Assembly (NCBI RefSeq): GCF_057098645.1
Contig: NZ_CM169472.1
Reading direction: 5' to 3' (one strand)
DNA: 64,000 nucleotides
Below are positions 20,322 through 28,788 of the stretch, one piece after another. The position numbers and the translations under genes were made by a program. The notes under the pieces were generated by a model, which was not told the DNA's origin, searched no databases, and worked only from the letters and a program-made list of their open reading frames with translations. Within the stretch, counting starts at the first letter, position 1; the number at the start of each line of letters is the position of its first letter.

Positions 20322-20343
20322 TTTGAGTCCGGCCTTCGCACCA
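20322..20343 (+). repeat. attR: partial duplicate of the leuX 3' end
   Basis: tttgagtccggccttcgcacca versus leuX ttcgagtccggccttcggcacca. Confidence 0.7.
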
Positions 20344-21020
20344 CACCGTATGCAAATCGAGTCGCTCAAGGGCGGCTTTTTTTGTGTCTGAAATCACCCA
20401 TATCCGTGCAGTATATAGGCCTGCCAGAAAAGCAGTTCAGTATTCTTCATTTTGTAGTCGATGGTCCCAAGTTTGCTCTGGCTGGAAGCTGCATCGTCCA
20501 CATTACGTGGGCAGGGTGGTTTCGCTATGCTACTTGAACGTTTTGACCATGTGGCTCAGGTAGCTAATATCAAAAGACGTCATTTTGTCTCCACGCCCAC
20601 CTTGGTGAACATTCAATAAATAGTTTCGGTCGAGAGCAGTTATGTAGGGCTAGCAGACGAGATGCGCAGACATCTTGTTGAAGACAATTATACTGACCAC
20701 CTGAGAACGCTATTCTACCGAATAATATTTATTATCTTGGCGAATAATGATGATTACCTGTGTAACTATGGTTTTATGCTGATGGGACCGGCAGTACAAT
20801 TTCTGTAGTGTACTCGCAATTTCAGATCTCTGGCGTTTATTCTGGTGCAAAGGAGGTATGTGATGAAAACTTTGCTACCATGCCATTAAATGCGACCAAT
20901 ATCGGATTATCCATCAGTTGCTTGTCGTAGATTTCATTGGTTATAAAAATGCAAGGTGTAAAAGATGAAATTTATAATTATTAGTTAAGTGGCTAGTTTT
21001 ATAGTAATTTAGACAATAGG

Positions 21021-23069
21021 ATGTATGGAAAAATGGAAAAAGTTTATGATACCACTAGAATTAGTAATCTTGCTAACGACCCGAAACAGTTTTGTTCTTT
21101 TTTTTGTGAGTACATAAAAAGAGATGATATTAGTATAGATATCGCCTTGGATGTGCTGAGAATATCTTCCATCTATTATAATAGATTTTCAGTTCAGACT
21201 GAAGTTGAGTATAACAATACATTCAAAAAATGTATTAATGAGCTAGTAAACTCATTTCCTGATAACATTGAACTAATTTCTGAGTTCGAGAGTCAATGTA
21301 AAATTATGCATGATATAAATAATTCTTTCTTTGCGGCTACAAAATGTGCTGGTATTTGGCGTGAAAATACAAAAAAATCACATGCATTAATACTTAATCT
21401 CATCATGTTTTGTGAGATGTTTTTATCATCATTATCATCCTTGGTTGTGGTCAATGATCCTAAAAAAATGAAGAGGATTTTTCCATTATTTATCGTTTCT
21501 GAAAATATTAATATTCATGCTGAACCTGATATCGAATATTTTCGAGTTATCGATAGGGCATTTGATGAGGTAGCCAATTACACCGGAAGAATATTTTCTT
21601 ATTTACGGACTCATGAGCCATTGAAACTAACTTCTTGTGTGAATAAACAAACCTTGCTTTCAATGGGAGGGTACCTTAATGAGTGGAATGTTTTTGACTC
21701 ATTAAGCAGAGTAAGAGACTTTTTCAGACTAAGTAGTGCAGTATTTACAAAATTGGATAATAACATTTACTCTCTTGAGGTTGATAGTTTTTGTTTATAC
21801 CGAGATTATGAGATTGCAAGAAATAGACTAATGATGAGAGCGTCACATCTATATAGCGAAGTTCATGAATTTAGTAACAAACATTTTCATCTAAATAGTT
21901 GGGTAAAGGATCATATGCCATCTTACTTAAATTCTGATGGCGTTTTTAGCTCATTTCATCTAAGCGAGTTGGAAAATATGTCTCCTGATGACCTTCATGA
22001 AGAATATGGGAATATATCATTATTTAATTGGGTGCACGCTTATCAATGTTTAGTCGAGTTATCTAAAGAAGAAATGAGCAAAAGATTTTCATCGACAAAA
22101 CCTATACCCCTACAGTTGGATCGCTGGCTGATCATAAAAAGCCGTGAGAGTTGGTTATCATTCTTTCAACGTAAGGGGATTGCAGCAGATGCAGCAAAAA
22201 AACTGATAGATTATTTTACCTTCAATTCAAAATCACATGATCTTAATGATTGCCCATTTATTCCCTGTATGGACGGTTTATGCTTAATGCCTGCATTCAT
22301 AGCAAATAGCTCAGTGACTCGCTCTCTAATGTCATTATTTGGTTCCAAAAAAATTTCTCAAGCAAGTAAAGGGCGATTTCATGAGCAACAATTTATAAAA
22401 CAAGTTCGTGATGCGGGGATTAAAGCTTCTCCAATTGATGCTCATGCTAATTATCAGTGCGATTGCGTGATTCTCCTGGATGATTGTTTGATTTTTACAG
22501 AACTAAAATCAAATGGTCAACCAATATATTATGGTAAGTACTATCAGCAAGTGTGTAACATCGTTGGAGATAGCTCATTAATACATGATCATAATAATAA
22601 ATTTATGCGTTCTTATTTTCAACAAATAAATCGAACTTCTGAACATTATCTTAATCATCTTGATGTGATCATTAAAGAATTCGAACTACCATCAACATGG
22701 CAACCCAAAGGTGTGTATAAGCTTATTGTTACTACAACTATGCTCGGTGGGAAATATCATGTGGATGATACATATGTAGCGGACAAATATGCATTATCTA
22801 GTTTTTTTCAACGAATACCTGGAGTGATATATCAAACAAATGAAAATGGAGAAATGGCGAAAAATATCATTGATGGGTTTGAGTGTTGCGAAGGGGAAAT
22901 CACTATCGATAAGTTTATAGATTATCTTTCCTCTTTGCCCGGTATTAATGCTGTACGTAAAAATATACAAAAATTAACTTATAGTGTTCGATTTAATGAA
23001 AAACTAGTCCATCACCCTTATTATGATTCTTGGGCTTTTGGCCCATATATTCGTAAGGGAAATGATTAG
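21021..23069 (+). CDS. Hypothetical 682-aa protein with a possible PD-(D/E)xK nuclease-like motif; orphan accessory gene
   Basis: Long AT-rich ORF; no housekeeping similarity recognised; QCDCVILLDDCLIFTELK segment resembles a PD-(D/E)xK core; strong terminator immediately downstream. Confidence 0.5.
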   Translation: MYGKMEKVYDTTRISNLANDPKQFCSFFCEYIKRDDISIDIALDVLRISSIYYNRFSVQTEVEYNNTFKKCINELVNSFPDNIELISEFESQCKIMHDINNSFFAATKCAGIWRENTKKSHALILNLIMFCEMFLSSLSSLVVVNDPKKMKRIFPLFIVSENINIHAEPDIEYFRVIDRAFDEVANYTGRIFSYLRTHEPLKLTSCVNKQTLLSMGGYLNEWNVFDSLSRVRDFFRLSSAVFTKLDNNIYSLEVDSFCLYRDYEIARNRLMMRASHLYSEVHEFSNKHFHLNSWVKDHMPSYLNSDGVFSSFHLSELENMSPDDLHEEYGNISLFNWVHAYQCLVELSKEEMSKRFSSTKPIPLQLDRWLIIKSRESWLSFFQRKGIAADAAKKLIDYFTFNSKSHDLNDCPFIPCMDGLCLMPAFIANSSVTRSLMSLFGSKKISQASKGRFHEQQFIKQVRDAGIKASPIDAHANYQCDCVILLDDCLIFTELKSNGQPIYYGKYYQQVCNIVGDSSLIHDHNNKFMRSYFQQINRTSEHYLNHLDVIIKEFELPSTWQPKGVYKLIVTTTMLGGKYHVDDTYVADKYALSSFFQRIPGVIYQTNENGEMAKNIIDGFECCEGEITIDKFIDYLSSLPGINAVRKNIQKLTYSVRFNEKLVHHPYYDSWAFGPYIRKGND

Positions 23070-23092
23070 AGCAATTTATTATATAGTCCATG

Positions 23093-23134
23093 TTATTCAC
23101 TGATTATATTATTGATAATATAATCAGTGAATAA
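23093..23134. terminator. Long perfect hairpin between the 682-aa gene and downstream minus-strand ORFs
   Basis: ttattcactgattatatta-ttga-taatataatcagtgaataa followed by a T7 run. Confidence 0.65.
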
Positions 23135-23691
23135 CTCTAATTTTTTTAATGTTGGGGGGTAGCCTGAAATTGAAATTGGTACTACGGAACGGTATGATCA
23201 TATCGCATCAAAATATCAAGGTAGTGATGATTTTCTACGCAACGATCCAGAAACGTGGATTTTATCATCACCATAAGCAATGGCAGCGACAACACCATCA
23301 ATTTCTATATCAAAGGTGGTGAAATGAATTAGAAAATTGTTTATTTAATCCATTAGCGATAAGTTTTATTGTTATTTAGCCGAGATATATTCCATTGAAA
23401 AAAGTAAATTGGCACTGATATTATATCAAATGGGAATAATCCTTTTGTAAATAAGCTGAGGAATGTGTTAATTCACATCCAGCGCCTTATAAACCGCATC
23501 AACCGGTTCTGAGTAAAAACTTACCTGAAACTTGGTAAACAACTCTGCCGGAACTGTTGGAATATCCATAGCCGAGGATATCGGCAACAGAACACGTTTT
23601 GCGCCGCTATCGAAGGCGAGTTGTAAACTAGCGGCAAGATCCTGCACTGATTATGTCAGCAATATTGAACATACTGCGATAGTTATCAACC

Positions 23692-24564
23692 TCACCCCCT
23701 AAAAACCTCTTTCCGATGCCACTCTACAAACACCTCATAAGGGTAATTTTTACGCACCTGCGGCAACGTAATAGTTTTCCCGTCAAAATCCCAGAATAAT
23801 CTCTCAACGATCCCTCCGCCGTTTACCGCATCTGATACCAGTACCCGCATATTTTCGTCCAGGCCAATCGATCCTTTATCAAAGGCTTTATGGTGAATTG
23901 CGCAAAGCGCCAGGCCATTAGGAATTTCACAAGGACCGCCGTGCTGTTTCCATTTTATATGCGCCGCTTCCAGCGCGACGGTGGTGTCGTCGTGGCGCAT
24001 ATTAAAGCCACATATCGCGCACTGGTAGTTATAAGCGCGTAATACATTTTTGCGAAATAACGGGTCGCGCTGTTTACGGATTTGCTGGAGATCAAAACCC
24101 AGCTCGTCAGCGATTTCTTCCTGAATACTCTCGGTGAAGTGCGCTTCGAGTATCTGTTGCGCCAGAGTATTGATGAGTTTTTTATTGCCGATTACCAGGG
24201 CGTAGTGCTGTTCATCGAAACCGCCTGCAACGTGGTATTCGTTCAGTTCCTTCACTGGCGGTTGTCGGCTGCTCCCTGCTGTTGAGCAACGCTCGGCATT
24301 GTGTAATTGCCAGAATCCGTCGCCTTGTAATCGCCAGAACGGCATATCAGGTCGGTACTGTGAACGCTGTGGCCCAAAACGTTCCAGTAAACTGTGCAGA
24401 GGTTCGTAGATTTCCGATCCATAATCGAAAAGGCGCGGATGTCCATTCAGGTATCCCGCTAATACGTATAGCAGTAACAATGGTTTATGCGGCGCGCGCT
24501 GTTCACCCTTGTGCCAAATTTTTATGTTGGCAATTGCCTGCTGTAGCGATTTACTGGAAGCCAT
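23692..24564 (-). CDS. HNH endonuclease-domain protein with an N-terminal domain of unknown function
   Basis: C-terminal HNH motif YNYQCAICGF...ALEAAHIKWKQHGGPCEIPNGLALCAIHHKAFD; start chosen at MASSKSLQQ (ATG 24562-24564). The ORF track allows an N-terminal extension to 24720 that overlaps the nanM-derived fragment. Confidence 0.7.
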   Translation of the reverse strand: MASSKSLQQAIANIKIWHKGEQRAPHKPLLLLYVLAGYLNGHPRLFDYGSEIYEPLHSLLERFGPQRSQYRPDMPFWRLQGDGFWQLHNAERCSTAGSSRQPPVKELNEYHVAGGFDEQHYALVIGNKKLINTLAQQILEAHFTESIQEEIADELGFDLQQIRKQRDPLFRKNVLRAYNYQCAICGFNMRHDDTTVALEAAHIKWKQHGGPCEIPNGLALCAIHHKAFDKGSIGLDENMRVLVSDAVNGGGIVERLFWDFDGKTITLPQVRKNYPYEVFVEWHRKEVFRG

Positions 24565-24641
24565 TGATATCCCAGGCAGTGAAATAATTGCAATCATGCT
24601 CGCAAATTTTCTGCTGTTCAAGCCTGCAAGTGAAGATCCAT

Positions 24642-24914
24642 TGCTGTGTTGAGGGATCAAAAGACAACAAAAACTTATTGAAGAAATAATCTTCTGCTTT
24701 TTTGTCGAAATAATAGGCATTGATCTTGTCTATAGCTGCTAAATATTCTCCAGCCTCGTTGAGATCTTCAAAATAGCCATTGAAGATGTTCTGGTTAACA
24801 CCGCCAGTAACATAAGCCTTGCCGCTGTGTACAAAAGTCACATTACCCGCCATGCCCATCGGCGCGTGCGACATCAATTTATTGTTTTATTCATTGTGAC
24901 TGTCTCCTGTCTAC
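24642..24914 (-). pseudogene. Rearranged nanM fragment (internal codons fused to the nanM 5' leader)
   Basis: About 240 bp nearly identical to nanM 57959-58200 (MSHAPMGMAG..FDPSTQQW) joined directly to about 30 bp matching the nanM RBS/leader region 58541-58573; lacks the first about 148 codons and the 3' part. Confidence 0.7.
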
Positions 24915-25103
24915 AAAGCTTTAACCTTCACCCGTATGAGGGAAGTTTTAAGTATGAGGCGAACCATAGCATATGCCTTTATACCTATTACACCATAAAG
25001 ATAGACAAGTTATGCCATAAACTACTTTTGTAATTTGAGTCACAAATCAGGGAAGTTTTATTTATCTTCCGTGAAAGTCTTAACTTTCACGGAGTGTTAG
25101 AAT

Positions 25104-26207
25104 TTACAAAGTTGCTGGCGTAAAGGCTCCGGTTTGTATTTCTTTAACCAGCTCACCCACGGTATATATTCTCCATCCTTCGACTTCGGCGGGAGTAAGG
25201 TTAACTGCAATTTTAAGGCCTGGCCATGCAGCTTCTACGGTTGCAATAATTTCATGTTCTGAGTTTTGAAGATCTAACCCAGGAACAGGAGGTTGAAAGC
25301 CTTTATGTTGCATCATATTAATATCACCATGCACTGATGGATCAGTCAGGTCATATATTTCATTCCAGGATTCTGCTTTTAATAACCCTTGTTGGGAACG
25401 TAAACGTTGAATGATAGCCATCTCAGCTTGGGTAACGAATATACCTTCGTGGAGGGGCTGTTTTCGATGGCAATCCTTGCACAGAACAAGAAGGTTTTCA
25501 TGGTGATTATCATATTTGATGCCATTTTTATGATGGACATGGCACAAGTTTTTGGCGGTTGATAAATTCACGCCACAATCATTACAAACATAATTGGCCT
25601 TTTCTCGTATTTCTTTAGATATTTCCTTCCAGTTTTCAACATACCCACTATTTGTTTTGTCATAGATACCCTTAGGCATATGACGAAAACAGGTACTATA
25701 ATCTGAAAAAAACTCATTTAATGAGAATGATTTAAAAATCTCTCTTTTTCGTTGTTTATCAATACTTCCTTTATAATTAAGTCGTTCGAGGCAATTCATA
25801 CATACCCGTAAATCAACATCCTGGCTCCGACCTGAACCATCATCAATTTCGAATAAACCATCTATGCGGTTAGTTGCATGATACCTTTCAAATCGATTTT
25901 TATGGCGCATTTCATCAAGAGTTCTGCACCAGGCAATATGAAAACGTTTTCCTTTTTCGCCATCTACGATAGCCGCATCATAACGCCCTGAATGGTCCCG
26001 AATATATAAAAGAACCTGGCGGCCATGATAAGAGATAAGCCCGCTACCAGGGTCAAGATCTTCGATACTAACTTCTTTACCCGTGGATAACTCAATATCT
26101 ATAGGATCAAAGTCAATAGGGGATTCATCCAGAAAAAAATCGACTCCTTCTGGTAACATTTTCTTCCCTAATTGAATAAGTTCTGAAAGGTCGATAGATA
26201 ATTTCAT
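25104..26207 (-). CDS. zorE: ZorE-like HNH endonuclease (Zorya type II)
   Basis: 367-aa ORF with HNH motif CNDCGVNLSTAKNLCHVHHKNG..NLLVLCKDCH; third gene of a MotA-like/MotB-like/HNH operon. Confidence 0.65.
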   Translation of the reverse strand: MKLSIDLSELIQLGKKMLPEGVDFFLDESPIDFDPIDIELSTGKEVSIEDLDPGSGLISYHGRQVLLYIRDHSGRYDAAIVDGEKGKRFHIAWCRTLDEMRHKNRFERYHATNRIDGLFEIDDGSGRSQDVDLRVCMNCLERLNYKGSIDKQRKREIFKSFSLNEFFSDYSTCFRHMPKGIYDKTNSGYVENWKEISKEIREKANYVCNDCGVNLSTAKNLCHVHHKNGIKYDNHHENLLVLCKDCHRKQPLHEGIFVTQAEMAIIQRLRSQQGLLKAESWNEIYDLTDPSVHGDINMMQHKGFQPPVPGLDLQNSEHEIIATVEAAWPGLKIAVNLTPAEVEGWRIYTVGELVKEIQTGAFTPATL

Positions 26208-26210
26208 CTC

Positions 26211-26918
26211 TTACTCCTGAATAATCTTTCTAATCTGCAACTCGGCATTTGTTACAACTTTGAAGGTGACACGACGAGAGCGATTAGGATCCTCCTTGCC
26301 GGTTTTATCAAGAATGGGATGTGCAGATGAATAACCTACTGCGGCAAATTTACTTTTAACCCATTGTTGGTGTGTCGCGATATTTTTTATGTCATAAACG
26401 TATTGTAATACTGCACGTGTACGACCTTGCGATAGTGCCATATTATTAAAATAAGCAATATCAGGATTCGTTGTTCCTGTCCAGTCAGTACTTGTGTGAC
26501 CTTCAATGCGGACTTCAGTAATATGTTCCTGATAATTATCTAGAACTTTTAGGTAGCGAGGAAAGAAATCGTCAAGAATGAGTTTAAACTTTGGTTTTAG
26601 CTCTGTGCTTCCTAAGCCAAATAAAACATCCGGTGATTTAAATCGAACCTCCAGAGTCTGTTTATCGATCTCTGCATCCCAGTCTTGTAAATCCTTTGCA
26701 AACTCAATATCCAGAGCATTATAAAGCTGTAACTGAGCATTCTCGTAGGCTACGGCAACTTCTTTAATTTTTTCTTTTTCAATACGTACGTAGTGCATAT
26801 AAGCAATAGATATGAACATAAAAACCATCATCAGCCCTGCCATTAGGTCTGACATGGATACCCAATGTTCATTATCTTGATCTTTTTTAGGTAATTGTTT
26901 CCCTATAATCTTATCCAT
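26211..26918 (-). CDS. zorB: ZorB-like MotB/OmpA-family protein (Zorya)
   Basis: 235 aa; N-terminal single TM helix with a preceding Asp (SMSDLMAGLMMVFMFISIAY); C-terminal OmpA-like peptidoglycan-binding region. Confidence 0.7.
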   Translation of the reverse strand: MDKIIGKQLPKKDQDNEHWVSMSDLMAGLMMVFMFISIAYMHYVRIEKEKIKEVAVAYENAQLQLYNALDIEFAKDLQDWDAEIDKQTLEVRFKSPDVLFGLGSTELKPKFKLILDDFFPRYLKVLDNYQEHITEVRIEGHTSTDWTGTTNPDIAYFNNMALSQGRTRAVLQYVYDIKNIATHQQWVKSKFAAVGYSSAHPILDKTGKEDPNRSRRVTFKVVTNAELQIRKIIQE

Positions 26919-26924
26919 GATCGA

Positions 26925-28577
26925 TTACCCGCGATGTTTATTAGCAGAAATTAATGCTTGTAACTGCCCCATAACTATTTGGTAATCTTTAATAAGTTTT
27001 TCATAGTTACCGACAAAACCTTTGCTGATTGAAAGCAGAGCATTACCTAATGATTGCATTTCACGGTTCATTTCACGTTCAGTTGCTTGCTCAAAAGCAT
27101 GTAACTGCTCGTTGATGGATAGAGCAAATTTTTCAATTGATTCTCTGACTTGAGAAGTCAGCCCTGCACTTGCCTTATCAAATGATGTCTGGATTGAATC
27201 AAACATATTATCGGCATTACTGGATAGTTGATGGTTAATCTTTTCACCAGTCTTACTGAACATATCAATCACATTCGTCGTATTTTGTTCCATATTTCTA
27301 TGCAATTCTTTCGAGTGCGACTCTAGTGATTTCAGGAATTCTTCACCACTTTGTTTCATTTCAGTAATTGTTTCACCTAACGTGCTGGTTAGGGTTTCGG
27401 AGGAATTGCTGACATCATGTGCCATCGAGGCAAATGCTTGTTGTGTTTGGGTAACCGATTGTCTGAATCCTTCGGTACCTTCATCCAGGGCAACGCGCAT
27501 TGAATCTGCATTAAGAAGTATTTGCTGGCTGGTTTGCTCAAGAGATGCACTAACATTTGCAGCTCCGGATTTCAGCAGTTCACCCACTTCAGCCATTTTG
27601 TTCTGTATTTCAGGTAATACGGTTGTAGCTTTATCGCGGATGGCGACAAAGGTTTCTAAATGGCGGGAGAGTTCGCTGATTTGATGTTGGTTCACCTGAA
27701 GCACTTCACGCAGTTCAGACATAGCCAGAGGAATTTCTTTACATTCTTCCCAAATCCCTGCAACCGCAGTTTTTGTTTCAACCAGGGACTCGACACTTTG
27801 TTGATATTGTTCTGACATCTGCTCAATTTGCGTTTTATAATTTCCCTGCCACTCAACAAGTTTTTTTACAGAGGCATCAAGAGCTTTAAAGTTTTCACCA
27901 AACTGTTCAGTTAAATTTTGATTAAAATCAATAATGACTTGTCGCAAAGCATCAATAATTTGTTCTGTAGCACCTTTTGCCATTAGATCTGCAAATTGTT
28001 CAAGTTGTTCCCAAAGCTTATTACTGAAATGAGTGTGATTAGCTAATTGTGCCTGCGAGGAATCGCTAATATCAGTACGTAGTAATTTTATTTGAGCAAT
28101 AAGAGAACCTTCACTATCACCGTTAATACCCGAGACTAATTTAGTCAGAGTCTGGTTCTGCTCTTTTAATTCATGATAGATATGTTCAGGTGTAACAGAT
28201 TCAGGGTTATTTTCTGCTAACGCACTTCGTTTATTGGCAAAAAAGAAAGCATCCATTCCATTAAATAAAATGGCAAAAAACATACCTACAATGCTTGTAA
28301 TGAATGCTGTTTTTAGGCCACCTAATAATACGGGGATGCTGGTATCAATACTTTCGGTATTAAAATTGAGTAAACCAATAATAATACCAATGAAAGTACC
28401 CAGAATACCTAATGCCCCCATTAAGGTTGGAGCATATTCTCTAAACTTACTATGTATATTTTTTTTGTCACACCACCACGCTGATAAAAATACGAATATA
28501 ACAGCCCAGATGAAAATATTGGTGATCAGTGTAGAGTCTATCGATTGAAACAACTGCTCAAAAAGCTGCGCTAACAT
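26925..28577 (-). CDS. zorA: ZorA-like MotA/ExbB-family membrane protein with long coiled-coil tail (Zorya)
   Basis: N-terminal TM helices (..LMGALGILGTFIGIIIGL.., ..LKTAFITSIVGMFFAILF..) followed by about 400 aa of Q/E-rich predicted coiled coil. Start chosen at MLAQLFEQ (ATG 28575-28577); the ORF track allows 28634. Confidence 0.7.
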   Translation of the reverse strand: MLAQLFEQLFQSIDSTLITNIFIWAVIFVFLSAWWCDKKNIHSKFREYAPTLMGALGILGTFIGIIIGLLNFNTESIDTSIPVLLGGLKTAFITSIVGMFFAILFNGMDAFFFANKRSALAENNPESVTPEHIYHELKEQNQTLTKLVSGINGDSEGSLIAQIKLLRTDISDSSQAQLANHTHFSNKLWEQLEQFADLMAKGATEQIIDALRQVIIDFNQNLTEQFGENFKALDASVKKLVEWQGNYKTQIEQMSEQYQQSVESLVETKTAVAGIWEECKEIPLAMSELREVLQVNQHQISELSRHLETFVAIRDKATTVLPEIQNKMAEVGELLKSGAANVSASLEQTSQQILLNADSMRVALDEGTEGFRQSVTQTQQAFASMAHDVSNSSETLTSTLGETITEMKQSGEEFLKSLESHSKELHRNMEQNTTNVIDMFSKTGEKINHQLSSNADNMFDSIQTSFDKASAGLTSQVRESIEKFALSINEQLHAFEQATEREMNREMQSLGNALLSISKGFVGNYEKLIKDYQIVMGQLQALISANKHRG

Positions 28578-28788
28578 TTTGATACCTGTGTAAATAATGG
28601 ATAGTTGTAATCGTTTAAAAAATAAACAAAACACACATAATTTATATGGTTAAGTTCGGTGTAGCGCTCATGATTGTAACAAGTTTTTTCGAGATATAAA
28701 TGATTTGTCTCATTTTTAGCGAGTTCATCGGGTTGAGCTTTTTTATGATGATAGTAACCTGTTACGAATTGTATCAAAGGAAGGCAGG

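Larger units (their letters stand above)
5985..20343. mobile_element. P4-like satellite prophage integrated at the 3' end of leuX (attL to attR), carrying an R-M cargo module and an IS21-family insertion
   Basis: A tRNA 3' end (gagtccggccttcg..cacca) is repeated imperfectly at 20325-20343. Between the copies lie a P4-type integrase, a cos site, psu-delta-sid, a Vis-like regulator, the alpha primase-helicase and TGTTCACC iteron clusters. Confidence 0.8.

Noticed and set aside
19991-20326. 111-aa plus-strand ORF within the crr-like repeats
   Set aside because: It spans repeated iteron DNA and the attR region; the sequence is better explained as a cis-acting replication region.
20344-21020. Possible gene remnants between attR and the 682-aa ORF
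   Set aside because: Only very short frames without recognisable similarity; cannot be supported from sequence alone.
24551-24877. 108-aa ORF with NanM-like sequence as a functional gene
   Set aside because: It is an internal nanM fragment fused to the nanM leader and lacks the signal peptide and most Kelch repeats; treated as a pseudogene.
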